DNA of 63,419 nt, filler included, from an uncultured Methanosarcinales archaeon (GCA_964405295.1; 3 parts of 3 records of this genome joined end to end with filler, not necessarily neighbours in it), one strand, 5' to 3'. Positions 9,173 through 19,394 are shown, counted from the first letter of the whole stretch. The notes: a model not told the origin generated them from the sequence alone. Translations and numbers: made by a program.

Positions 9173-9324
9173 CTAATTCACCTCAAACTTGTTAGATAAT
9201 TGTTATGTGTTAAATATAGAGTAATTTCTTTTTAAAGTTTGTCATAATTTTAGAGAGATTTTGTTCTTTCCAATAGATTGATGCAACAATAAGCTTTTTA
9301 AAGATAGACAAAAGAAAACAAAAT

Positions 9325-10500
9325 ATGAGTTTACCATTGAACACAATCATAATCATATTATTTTATACAGGAATATTTGTATTAATATATGCTTTCAGAA
9401 AAAAGTTTGAATTTCAGAAAATAGGCAAAATCCCTATTATCGCAATCTTAAGAACAAACTTTGGAATAAAATTTATCAATAAAATTGCTAAAAAACATTC
9501 TAAGTTCTTTAAAATACTGGGTTATATAGGTATGGTAATAGGTTTTCTTGGAATAATTGCGATGTTCTTCATGATTTCATCATCGTTTGTAAAACTATTT
9601 ACTGAACCAAATGCACCAAGTGGTGTTAGCCCAGTAATTCCAGGAGTAAGAATTCCGGGTGCACAAATATTTGTTCCATTTTGGTACGGAATAATCTCCT
9701 TATTTATTGTCGTTGTAGTTCATGAGTTTGGACACGGAATAGTTGCAAAAGCACATGGGTTCAAAATAAAGAACACAGGATTTGTACTATTTGCAATTCT
9801 ACCAGGCGCATTTGTTGAACCAGATGAAAAGAAACTAGTTAAAGCAAAGCAATTACAACAACAATCAGTATATGCTGCAGGACCATGGTTTAATGTATTA
9901 CTGTCAATAATTGTATTTTTATTAATACTATTAGTTGTAAGCCCGATCCATTCAAATTTGTATAATAGCAAAGGATTTACTTTTGAAAATCTTGATAATA
10001 ATTCTCCTGCAATGCAAGCAAATATGCCTGTTAATATAACCTACAATATGATTGATAGCACCCCTGTTAACTCTTTTCCCGAAATGGTAGAAGTTCTAGA
10101 TGATAAAGAACCTGGTGATCAAATCACATTCTACACAGAAGCAAATGAAACTTATCAGATTACACTAGCTCAACACCCAGAAGACAATTCCTCTCCATAT
10201 ATTGGAATACTAGGTATAAGTAATGTCAAAGGAGATCAAACAATTGTACAACAAATATTATTTACAATAGTTGATATAATTGCTAGTTTACTATTTTGGG
10301 TATACTTATTAAGCATGGGAATCGGTGCAGCAAACTTATTACCAATTGGTCCACTTGATGGTGGAAGAATGCTGTATACTGCACTTAAAACAAAGTTCAA
10401 AGAGAAAACAGCAAAAATTATTAGCTCAAAAGTTACATGGATAACTGTATTATTCTTATTAGCTGCACTCCTTGTACCAATTGTTAAAGCAATAATCTAA
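9325..10500 (+). CDS. Site-2 protease (M50) with PDZ-like insert
   Basis: HEFGH, GAFVEPDE, AAGPWFN, NLLPIGPLDGG. Confidence 0.95.
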   Translation: MSLPLNTIIIILFYTGIFVLIYAFRKKFEFQKIGKIPIIAILRTNFGIKFINKIAKKHSKFFKILGYIGMVIGFLGIIAMFFMISSSFVKLFTEPNAPSGVSPVIPGVRIPGAQIFVPFWYGIISLFIVVVVHEFGHGIVAKAHGFKIKNTGFVLFAILPGAFVEPDEKKLVKAKQLQQQSVYAAGPWFNVLLSIIVFLLILLVVSPIHSNLYNSKGFTFENLDNNSPAMQANMPVNITYNMIDSTPVNSFPEMVEVLDDKEPGDQITFYTEANETYQITLAQHPEDNSSPYIGILGISNVKGDQTIVQQILFTIVDIIASLLFWVYLLSMGIGAANLLPIGPLDGGRMLYTALKTKFKEKTAKIISSKVTWITVLFLLAALLVPIVKAII

Positions 10501-10537
10501 AGATAAGATTTATAATAAAATAACTCTTCTAAACAAT

Positions 10538-11263
10538 ATGAAAGTTGTAATAGTACTCTTTGCACCTGAAACCTCTGGAAACGTTGGTGCAATTGCAAGA
10601 AGCATGGCAAATTTTGGTTCAAACAAGTTAGTTCTAGTTAATCCTAAATGCAACCACTTAAATAAAGCTGCGTTTGATAGGGCGAGCCATGCAAAAACCA
10701 TACTAAAAAAAGCGGTTGTGATTAAAGAGAATAATATTAAAAAAATTGAAAAGAAAATAAGAAACTATGGTAATCACATTATTGCAACAACATCAAAATT
10801 AGGTAATGATTATAATATTTTACGAAGTGTTGAAAACATATACTCTCTTGCACCAAGAATTGCTGTTAAATACAGCAACATAGTTCTGTTATTCGGCAAG
10901 GAGAGCCATGGATTAAGCAATGAAGAAATAGAAGTTGCAGATTTTGCAATAACAATACCTACGTCAGACAAATATCCTGTTATGAACCTTAGTCATGCAG
11001 TTACAGTTTGCCTTTATGAACTTTACAAAACTGCAAATAGTGAAAAGATAAAATCAAAAATACCTAAACAAGCTCAAAAGACAGAAATTAAACAATTAAA
11101 TAAATTAGTTAATCAAACTATTGGTAACATGAGTTTTCTTAGGGCAAGTCAAGATAAAACTCAGAGACTTGTCTGGAAAAAACTACTTTCTAAATTAATG
11201 CTTTCTCGAAGAGAAGCTTATGCTTTAATGGGTTATTTTAAGAAAATATTAAAGAAAAGATAA
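10538..11263 (+). CDS. trmJ: TrmJ/TrmH-family SPOUT RNA 2'-O-methyltransferase
   Basis: PETSGNVGAIARSMANFG, FGKESHGLSNEE, TIPTSDKYPVMNLSHAV. Confidence 0.9.
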   Translation: MKVVIVLFAPETSGNVGAIARSMANFGSNKLVLVNPKCNHLNKAAFDRASHAKTILKKAVVIKENNIKKIEKKIRNYGNHIIATTSKLGNDYNILRSVENIYSLAPRIAVKYSNIVLLFGKESHGLSNEEIEVADFAITIPTSDKYPVMNLSHAVTVCLYELYKTANSEKIKSKIPKQAQKTEIKQLNKLVNQTIGNMSFLRASQDKTQRLVWKKLLSKLMLSRREAYALMGYFKKILKKR

Positions 11264-11447
11264 ACTTTTTTTGAATACATATATTTCTGCGAAATTCCTG
11301 TGCTTTAAGAAAATTCTAAAAAATAAGCAAGATGTCCCAAAGTAGTTACAAAAAACAACAAACTATATAAACAGTTAACCTAGATTTAACTTAGGTTGAG
11401 GGTGTTGAATAATTCTAATTATCAATACTTATTACAAAGAGGTTGAG

Positions 11448-12710
11448 ATGAAAGTACTTATGCTCGGGTGGGAGCTTCCGCCTCTACAAGTTGGCGGACT
11501 AGGGATGATTTGTTATGAACTAGTTAAAGAACTATCAAAAAGAAACATTCCACTAATATATATCATGCCTCTTGGCCCAGACGATGCTCATTCTGAATTT
11601 GCAAGATTGATAGTTGCAGAAAATCACTTTCTTGGTAGAAAAGTAAAACCAAATTTAATTAGTGTTCCAGGAGCATTTATGCCTTATCAAAGCTCTGAAA
11701 AATATGAAGAAGATTATGAATTAAGTTTGCTGAAGAGAAAAGGTAGAGGAAAAGTTACAAAAGCAGATCTTTACGGACCAAACTTACCAACAGAAATTGA
11801 TCTTTACGCAAAGAGAGTTTACAACATTGTTGATAGTCTAGATTTTGATGTTATCCATGCACATGACTGGTTAACTTATCCTGCTGCAATCGGAATTGCT
11901 AATAAAACTGGTAAACCGCTTGTTGTTCATATTCACAATACAATCTATGATAGATATCTTGGTAATTCATCTCAATGGGAAAGAGACATAGAATACAATG
12001 GATTAAAAAGAGCAGATATAGTCATTGCAATAAGCCATTTCATAAAAAACATCATTGTTGAAAAATATGGTATTAACCCTAAAAAGATAAGAGTTATTCA
12101 CCACGGTAAAAATACATTAATAGGAAACATTAAAGATATTCCTGCACCTAATTTTAAAAATAAAAAAGTTGTTCTGTTTACAGGACGGGTCACTATCCAG
12201 AAAGGTGTTGAATATCTTATTATGGCTGCTAAAAAAGTTCTTGAGAAAAGAAAAGATGTTGTATTTGTTATAATGGGCGGAGGAGATCCTCCTTATTTAA
12301 GACAAATGATGGACCTTGCAGCACAATTAGGAATATCAAAAGATGTCTTATTTAATGGCAAACCTTACACTTTTGAAGAAGGTAAAGCATTATACAAAAT
12401 TGCAGATTGTTATGTAATGCCTTCAGTTTCAGAACCATTTGGAATTGTTCCAATGGAAGCAATGAAGTATGGTACTCCATCAATTGTTACTAAACAATCT
12501 GGAGTATCTGAAGCTTTAAGTAATGTATTCAAAGTTGATTTTTGGGATACAAAAGAAATGGCAAACAAAATTCTAAATCTTTTAAGTTATGATGTTTTAC
12601 ATAAACAAATGAAAGATTATGGGATTGTTGAAATTGAAAATAGAACTTGGGAAGAACCAGTTAATCAATTAATAGATGCTTATAATGAATCAATAAATAT
12701 GAAAAAATAA
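11448..12710 (+). CDS. GT4-family glycosyltransferase (glycogen-cluster type)
   Basis: MKVLMLGWELPP..VGGLG, IHAHDWLT, GRVTIQKG, MPSVSEPFGIVPMEAM. Confidence 0.92.
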   Translation: MKVLMLGWELPPLQVGGLGMICYELVKELSKRNIPLIYIMPLGPDDAHSEFARLIVAENHFLGRKVKPNLISVPGAFMPYQSSEKYEEDYELSLLKRKGRGKVTKADLYGPNLPTEIDLYAKRVYNIVDSLDFDVIHAHDWLTYPAAIGIANKTGKPLVVHIHNTIYDRYLGNSSQWERDIEYNGLKRADIVIAISHFIKNIIVEKYGINPKKIRVIHHGKNTLIGNIKDIPAPNFKNKKVVLFTGRVTIQKGVEYLIMAAKKVLEKRKDVVFVIMGGGDPPYLRQMMDLAAQLGISKDVLFNGKPYTFEEGKALYKIADCYVMPSVSEPFGIVPMEAMKYGTPSIVTKQSGVSEALSNVFKVDFWDTKEMANKILNLLSYDVLHKQMKDYGIVEIENRTWEEPVNQLIDAYNESINMKK

Positions 12711-12722
12711 CGCTCTCAACCT

Positions 12723-12784
12723 AGGTAGCCCCGCCACCATAGATTAGTCGTGCAAACGGCTAATCGTGGGGTTTACCTTTTTTT
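12723..12784 (+). terminator. GC-rich compound hairpin with GCAA tetraloop followed by T7
   Basis: GATTAGTCGT-GCAA-ACGGCTAATC (12742-12765) inside AGGTAGCCCC/GGGGTTTACCT; T-run 12778-12784. Confidence 0.6.
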
Positions 12785-12858
12785 AATTTAAATAACAAGG
12801 AGAAAACAAGCGAAAGGTTCAAATAGTAGTTAATTAAAATTAGATAAAGGGTGTATAC

Positions 12859-14100
12859 ATGGTAAAATTATGTTTTTATTTTCAAGTACATCAGCCATTT
12901 AGGCTGAGAAATTATACTGTATTTGATATTGGGCAGAATCAAGATTATTTTGATGATAAAAAAAATAGGGAAATAACAGAAAAAGTTGCAAACAAATGTT
13001 ATCTTCCTATGAACAATCTTCTTTTGAGATTAATAAAAAAGCATAATGGAAAATTTAAGATTTCATTTAGTATTTCTGGAACAGCAATAGATCAATTTGA
13101 GGAATATACTCCTAAGGTTATTGAAAGCTTTAAAGAACTCGCAAAAACTGGTTGTGTTGAATTTTTAAGTGAAACTTATTATCATTCTTTATCATTTCTT
13201 TTCTCAAAACAAGAATTTAAAGAACAAGTTAAAATGCACAAAAATAAAATTAAAGAACTTTTTGGCATTACACCAAAAGCATTTAGAAATACTGAACTGG
13301 TTTTCAATAACGATTTGGCTTATGAAGTTGAAAAAATGGGTTATCCAGTAATACTTGCTGAAGGTGCAGATAAAATTATTGGTTGGAGATCTCCAAATTT
13401 TGTATATAAAACACCGAATGCAAATATAAAATTATTACTAAAAAATTACAAATTAAGTGATGATATTGCATTTAGATTTTCCAATAAATCATGGAAAGAA
13501 CATCCACTGACTGTTCCAAAATTTTCACAATGGATAAATTCTATTAATGGTAATGGAGATATTGTAAATTTGTTTATGGATTACGAAACTTTTGGTGAAC
13601 ACCAATGGGCAGACACAGGAATATTTGATTTTATGGAATGCCTCCCTGGGGAAATACTAAATCATCCTGACAACGGATTTGTAACAGTTTCTGAAGCAGC
13701 AGAATACCCTGTAAGAGCAGATATAGATTTTCCATACTTTGTTTCATGGGCAGACACAGAAAGAGACCTTACTGCATGGTTGGGTAATGATATCCAAAAC
13801 TCATCAATAAAAGAACTATACGAGCTAGAAAAACATGTGAAAAGATCAAATGATCCAGAATTACTTAAAGCATGGAGAAAGCTAACTACTAGCGACCATT
13901 TTTATTATATGTGTACAAAATGGTTTAATGATGGTGACGTACATAAATACTTTAGTCCATATGATAATCCTTACGATGGATTTACTTCATTCATGAATGT
14001 ACTTAATGATATTGCACTTAGAATAAACAATGTTGATTCAACAAAAAAAATCAAAAATTATATTCCTGTTGGACAACCAGCAGCAATAATACTACAATAA
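12859..14100 (+). CDS. GH57 glycoside hydrolase (alpha-amylase-like)
   Basis: FQVHQP, ETYYHSL, FRNTEL (nucleophile), MDYETFGEH (acid/base), SWAD.ERDLTAW, TSDHFYYM. Confidence 0.95.
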   Translation: MVKLCFYFQVHQPFRLRNYTVFDIGQNQDYFDDKKNREITEKVANKCYLPMNNLLLRLIKKHNGKFKISFSISGTAIDQFEEYTPKVIESFKELAKTGCVEFLSETYYHSLSFLFSKQEFKEQVKMHKNKIKELFGITPKAFRNTELVFNNDLAYEVEKMGYPVILAEGADKIIGWRSPNFVYKTPNANIKLLLKNYKLSDDIAFRFSNKSWKEHPLTVPKFSQWINSINGNGDIVNLFMDYETFGEHQWADTGIFDFMECLPGEILNHPDNGFVTVSEAAEYPVRADIDFPYFVSWADTERDLTAWLGNDIQNSSIKELYELEKHVKRSNDPELLKAWRKLTTSDHFYYMCTKWFNDGDVHKYFSPYDNPYDGFTSFMNVLNDIALRINNVDSTKKIKNYIPVGQPAAIILQ

Positions 14101-14136
14101 TAAACTAAATATTAAATAATATTAATTTTAAAAGAG

Positions 14137-14490
14137 GTGGGAATAGTGACTAAACAAACAAAGCTTACTAAAGAAAAAAAGCAAAAAGTGGTTAAAAAAC
14201 CTTCTAAAAAAGCAGTAAAAACTAAACTAAAAAAGAAATTATCTGAGGACCATTACTTTGTTCTTTTAGGCGGACATAAAATAAAAAATGTTAAAGACTT
14301 AGCTGATGCGTTAGAAATGATTGATGAAAATCATTTTAAACACCATGTTAATGATAAAAAAAATGACTTCGCTAATTGGATAAGAGATGTTTTTGAAGAA
14401 TTTGATCTTGCAGAAAAAGTAAAAACTGCAAAAAACAAAGATCATACAAGATTAATAATCTATAAACATATTAGTAATAGTTTTTGGTAA
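14137..14490 (+). CDS. DUF5752-like small protein of glycogen clusters
   Basis: YFVLLGG..IKNVKDLADALE...FKHHVN..KNDFANWIRDVF. Confidence 0.75.
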   Translation: MGIVTKQTKLTKEKKQKVVKKPSKKAVKTKLKKKLSEDHYFVLLGGHKIKNVKDLADALEMIDENHFKHHVNDKKNDFANWIRDVFEEFDLAEKVKTAKNKDHTRLIIYKHISNSFW

Positions 14491-14496
14491 TAATTA

Positions 14497-16284
14497 ATGG
14501 TTACTGCAAAAGCAAGAACTCTTTTTGAGTGTTCATGGGAGGTGTGTAATAAAGTAGGGGGAATTTATACAGTTGTATCCTCAAAAGCATCACACATGTT
14601 AAAATATTACAAAGAATATTTTCTTGTCGGGCCGTATTTTAAAGATAGGGCTGAACCAGAATTTCAAGAAGAAGAACCACCAAAAGAATTAAAAGATATA
14701 TTCTACGAATTATCTGCAGAAACAGGAATTGTTTGTCATTATGGCTTTTGGTTAATAGAAGGTGAACCAAAAGTAATACTTCTTGAGTTTAATTCAATAA
14801 AATATAGAACAAATTATCTTAAAAAATATTTCTGGGAAAACTTTCAGGTTGAATCATTATATAGTTCTTGGGAATTTGAAGAACCAATGCTCTGGAGTTA
14901 TGCAATTGGATTATTAATAGATAAATACCAAAAAAAGACAGGAAAACAATCAATTGTTGCGCATTTTCATGAATGGTTATCAGGATTTGGATTACTGCAT
15001 TTAAAGTTAGTTAATCCTCTTGTAAAAACAATATTTACAACACATGCAACAATGCTAGGTAGATCTTTAGCAAGCAGAGGTATTGATATTTATACTAATC
15101 TTAAAGAAATTAATAGTTATGATGAAGCAAGAAGAATTGGAATAATGGATAAATTTACAGCAGAAAGAGCTTGCGCTCAGAATGCCAACGTTTTTACAAC
15201 AGTATCTGAAATAGCAGGAAAAGAAGCAGAACACATATTGGGTAGAAAACCAGAAGTTCTAGTGTTAAATGGTTTCAATGCAGATGATTTTCCAACAATA
15301 GAAGAAACTTCAATGATGCATATTAAAGCAAGAAGAAAAATAAGAGATTATCTCACATATCACTTTTTCCCATATTACCCAATGGATCTTAAACATAATC
15401 TTATTTTCTCAACATTTGGGAGACCTGAAATAAAAAATAAAGGTACTGATATCTTAATTAAAGCTCTTGGTAAATTAAATAGAGATATGAAAGAGAATCC
15501 GATTAGAAATAGAACTATATCTGTTTTCTTGTGGCCTTTACAAGATAACAATGGTCCTAAAATGGATATATTAAAAGATAAAAATCATTTTAAACGTATC
15601 AAAGATGCTATTGAACAAAATTCTGATACAATTTTTGAAGATATATTATATGATGTGATGTATAACAGAAAAATAAATGTTGATACTTCTTTGAACCAAA
15701 AATTCTTGTTAAATATGAGAAAAAGCAGATTTTCACTAAAAAAACAAGGAAAACCTCCATTATGTTCTTATAATATTGGTGATGAAAGAAATAATGAAAT
15801 TATTAATATGCTTTTGAATGAAGGTTTAGACAATTCCAAAGAAAATCCTGTAAAGGTTATTTTATATCCTGCATCATTAAGTAGCAATGATTTACTTTTA
15901 AACCTTGATTTATATGATGCAATTGCAGGATGTCATTTTACAATACTCCCAAGTTATTATGAACCGTGGGGGTATACTCCTTTGGAATCAATAGCCGTTG
16001 GTGTTCCAACAGTTACAACTGATCTTACAGGGTTCGGAAAATTTATGGATAAAAAAGTGAAAAAAAGTGAAAAATCGGAGGGTGTTTTTATCCTCGAGAG
16101 ATATCAAAAAACAGAAGAAGAATCAACAGAAAAGTTATTTCAAATTATGAAACAATTTGCTTCTTTAAGACACACAGAAAGAGTAAAAAATAAGGTCAAC
16201 GCTAAAGAATTAAGCTTTAATGCTGATTGGAAATTCTTAATTAAAAATTACATAGATGCACATAATATATCTTTAGAAAAGTGA
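14497..16284 (+). CDS. GT3 glycogen synthase (eukaryote/Bacteroidota type)
   Basis: FECSWEVCNKVGGIYTV, AHFHEWL, FTTHATMLGR, PSYYEPWGYTPLES. Confidence 0.95.
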   Translation: MVTAKARTLFECSWEVCNKVGGIYTVVSSKASHMLKYYKEYFLVGPYFKDRAEPEFQEEEPPKELKDIFYELSAETGIVCHYGFWLIEGEPKVILLEFNSIKYRTNYLKKYFWENFQVESLYSSWEFEEPMLWSYAIGLLIDKYQKKTGKQSIVAHFHEWLSGFGLLHLKLVNPLVKTIFTTHATMLGRSLASRGIDIYTNLKEINSYDEARRIGIMDKFTAERACAQNANVFTTVSEIAGKEAEHILGRKPEVLVLNGFNADDFPTIEETSMMHIKARRKIRDYLTYHFFPYYPMDLKHNLIFSTFGRPEIKNKGTDILIKALGKLNRDMKENPIRNRTISVFLWPLQDNNGPKMDILKDKNHFKRIKDAIEQNSDTIFEDILYDVMYNRKINVDTSLNQKFLLNMRKSRFSLKKQGKPPLCSYNIGDERNNEIINMLLNEGLDNSKENPVKVILYPASLSSNDLLLNLDLYDAIAGCHFTILPSYYEPWGYTPLESIAVGVPTVTTDLTGFGKFMDKKVKKSEKSEGVFILERYQKTEEESTEKLFQIMKQFASLRHTERVKNKVNAKELSFNADWKFLIKNYIDAHNISLEK

Positions 16285-16415
16285 GTAATAGTTTTAACTA
16301 TTGCACAATCATAAAAAACCGAAACCTATATATAGTAGTATTATTTTAATATTATTATCTTATTTTTTTATCATCACAAATTAATAAGATATAAAGAGGG
16401 GGAGTGTGTTATAAA

Positions 16416-17219
16416 ATGATAGTCAAAGATGATTTTCTAAGCAAATTGCGGAGATATTTCGGGTTAAACCTATATGAAGTTAGAATTTGGACTGCTCTTT
16501 TATCAAGAGGAGTTTCAACTGCAGGTGAACTTTCTGATATTGCTAATGTTCCTAGATCTAGGGCATATGATATTCTTGAATCACTTGAAAAAAAAGGATT
16601 CGTAGTAATGAAATTGGGAAAACCAATAAAATATTTAGCAGTTCCACCAAAAGAAGTTCTTGAAAGAGTAAAAAAGAACATAAAGAAAATAAGTGATGAA
16701 AAAGTAAAGAGACTTGTTGATCTGAATAAAACAGATGTTATTGATGAACTTAACTCACTGCATACACAAGGTATTGAACTTGTTGAACCCAGTGACCTTT
16801 CAGGTTCACTAAAAGGACGGCATAATCTATACAACCACTTTGAACTTGTTATTCGAGGTGCAGAGAAAACAGTTACAATAATGACCACAGAACAAGGCCT
16901 TATTAGAAAGATTGATTCTCTAAAACCCGTTTTTGAACAGATAAAAAAACGAGGAGTAAAGATTAGAATCATTGCCCCAATAACTAAAGAGAACAAAAAA
17001 GCTGCTGCAGACTTAAAAGATGTTGCAGAAATAAAAAACAGCAAGGCAAAAGCAAGATTTATTGTTGTTGATGGAAAAGAAATAGTCTTTATGATTATGG
17101 ATGATAAAGATGTTCATCCTAACTATGATGTAGGAATATGGATAAATACTCCTTACTTTGCTTCAGCAATTGACGCTCTATTTGAACTTGCTTGGACTAA
17201 CATCAAGAAGAAAAAATAA
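16416..17219 (+). CDS. TrmB-family transcriptional regulator (TrmBL2-like)
   Basis: GLNLYE...STAGELSDIANVPRSRAYDILESLEKKGF..GKPIKY wHTH plus PLD-like C-terminal domain; CGAAA-TATATA promoter near 16320. Confidence 0.9.
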   Translation: MIVKDDFLSKLRRYFGLNLYEVRIWTALLSRGVSTAGELSDIANVPRSRAYDILESLEKKGFVVMKLGKPIKYLAVPPKEVLERVKKNIKKISDEKVKRLVDLNKTDVIDELNSLHTQGIELVEPSDLSGSLKGRHNLYNHFELVIRGAEKTVTIMTTEQGLIRKIDSLKPVFEQIKKRGVKIRIIAPITKENKKAAADLKDVAEIKNSKAKARFIVVDGKEIVFMIMDDKDVHPNYDVGIWINTPYFASAIDALFELAWTNIKKKK

Positions 17220-17307
17220 TAAAATTATTTTTTAATTCTTTTTTTATTTTTAATTAAACTGAATTTCTAATTGTGTATACATATAAAAAATTAAGAAAAA
17301 GAAATAA

Positions 17308-17949
17308 CTATCTTTTAAACGGTGCAAACCCACTCTTTGTTATTAAAAGAATTGCACTTAACCCAACAAGAAACAATGCAAGCATACCCATAACTTTTGG
17401 ATGAAATATTGTACTTAAAACATTAGATCCATAATCGCTAGAAGCCACATCCCCCGACCCATAACTAACATTTGAAGGTGTATCTAATAATGATTCATCA
17501 ATAGGAACATTAAGATTAGAATCTCCTGCCGGAACTCCTTCAGCATCTTCTAATAAATCTTGACCAAACATACTACTAAATCCAAAAATTAATATTAAAG
17601 CAACAATTATAATAATCCACGTAATAACTGGAGAACTAGTTCCATAACTAAAAGCCCACTTAATGTCTTTATCTTCTTTACCGAACATTTTGCCCATAAA
17701 AATCATGAACAGTATAACTAATCCTAGAATAAAAAACCAAGGCAGCACAAAAGAAATAAACACTGTTGCAGGCTTAGAAGTTATAATTAATAAAGCAAAA
17801 ACAACTGCGATTATGGCATTAATATTTTTCTTATCTTCACCAAGAATTTTAGTTTTTTCAAGCAATGCATAAACTCCTGCAAAAACCAATAAAAATACAT
17901 ATATACTAGTAAAGTGCTTAGTTAAACTAACATCCATTAATGAAGCCAT
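17308..17949 (-). CDS. Multi-TM membrane protein, paralogue 3
   Basis: FLLVFAGVYALLEKTKILG...KNINAIIA motif shared with the two neighbouring genes. Confidence 0.85.
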   Translation of the reverse strand: MASLMDVSLTKHFTSIYVFLLVFAGVYALLEKTKILGEDKKNINAIIAVVFALLIITSKPATVFISFVLPWFFILGLVILFMIFMGKMFGKEDKDIKWAFSYGTSSPVITWIIIIVALILIFGFSSMFGQDLLEDAEGVPAGDSNLNVPIDESLLDTPSNVSYGSGDVASSDYGSNVLSTIFHPKVMGMLALFLVGLSAILLITKSGFAPFKR

Positions 17950-17951
17950 TT

Positions 17952-18563
17952 TTAATCTTTATCGTTATTGCCATGTTGAACTAACCAAGTTTTGGTTGGT
18001 CCATTATCTTTATTTTCATTTTTACTATTACTAGGCCCAGCAATGAGAGCTATTAATAAAGCTGAAATCAATATTACAATAAACGTTACTTGTGTTGATT
18101 CATCCTCAAGAAATTGCAACCACCAAGGTAATTGCCCAAACCATCCTGCTGCAACACCAAAAGTAATAATTACTGCAAGTGCAGCGAAGATAATTATAAT
18201 TGTATGTAAACTTGCAGAATCTCCTATTTTTATATTTGCACCAAAAACTCCAACAATCATGATAAATGCAATTACTGCAAGCATAATTAAAGAAATATTT
18301 GGTAATATGTTATTAATCATTAAAACAGGATCTGATTCAGGAGGATATCTTCCAAGCACATGCGGAATCACAACTGACATCCCCATAACTAAAGCAAGAA
18401 CAATATTATATTTTCTTTTTTCCTCACCAGTTCCAAGAATATGACTTTTTTGTAATACTGCAAAAACAATAACAAAAATTAGCATAAAAGGTAAAAATAT
18501 ATCTATAAAACCGCTTTCGGCAAGTGTTTCGATTGCATCATAAAAATTCATTTGTATCACCAA
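17952..18563 (-). CDS. Multi-TM membrane protein, paralogue 2
   Basis: DIFLPFMLIFVIVFAVLQKSHILG...KYNIVLA. Confidence 0.85.
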   Translation of the reverse strand: MVIQMNFYDAIETLAESGFIDIFLPFMLIFVIVFAVLQKSHILGTGEEKRKYNIVLALVMGMSVVIPHVLGRYPPESDPVLMINNILPNISLIMLAVIAFIMIVGVFGANIKIGDSASLHTIIIIFAALAVIITFGVAAGWFGQLPWWLQFLEDESTQVTFIVILISALLIALIAGPSNSKNENKDNGPTKTWLVQHGNNDKD

Positions 18564-18719
18564 ATTTTTTGTAGTTTATATTAAAATATGATTTATTACC
18601 ACTTTAATATCACTATAATTTATAAGTGTTAAACCAAAATGTAATAACCAAAAACTTTATTTTTGTGTTTATTAATTAATTATAGTTTGTTCTTATTTAA
18701 ACTTTACTTATTTTATAGG

Positions 18720-19295
18720 TTAATCTTCTACTTTATCCTCTTTCTTTTTTTCCACTACTTTTGTGGGTTTCCCAAGGAAACCAATAAATGCAGCCATTAA
18801 TAATACAAGTATTATTGCAGATACTGCTTCACCACTCCAATTAATTTTCAGGAAATCATATGCTAATTCTAACCAACCAAGAGCGTTAAGGAAAATTAAT
18901 ATTATTGCAATTCCCATGACTGTAGCGAAAATTCCTTGCTGTGCCTTAGTAAAGGAAAATTCTGCATCTTTATTAAATGTTCCAACAACCAACATGAACA
19001 TTACTGCAAGGAGAAGTAAAATGAATATTTGACTAACTGTTTGGTTGATAAGTGCCACAAGTTTTGATGAAGCAATTACGAAAAAAGCTATTACAAATGC
19101 AACCATACTGTTAAGATTTTTTTTAGCATAAGAAGTATCATCTTTATTGTACATATCCTTTTGAATTCCAAGAATTTTTGTCTTTTCAAGCAATGCGAAA
19201 ACTAGTGTAAAAACTAATAAAAATGGTAACACTATATCATATATGCCTACCTGCTCTAAAAAAGCAAGCCCTCCTCTAAATATACTTTCAACCAT
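18720..19295 (-). CDS. Multi-TM membrane protein, paralogue 1
   Basis: DIVLPFLLVFTLVFALLEKTKILG...KNLNSMVA. Confidence 0.85.
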   Translation of the reverse strand: MVESIFRGGLAFLEQVGIYDIVLPFLLVFTLVFALLEKTKILGIQKDMYNKDDTSYAKKNLNSMVAFVIAFFVIASSKLVALINQTVSQIFILLLLAVMFMLVVGTFNKDAEFSFTKAQQGIFATVMGIAIILIFLNALGWLELAYDFLKINWSGEAVSAIILVLLMAAFIGFLGKPTKVVEKKKEDKVED

Positions 19296-19394
19296 TATAC
19301 CTTATTTTTGCGATATTCATATATAAATGTTTTTATTATTAGAGGATGTTCTTCTTCGTAACCTTTATAAAAAACAAATCGTAGAAAAAGACTA

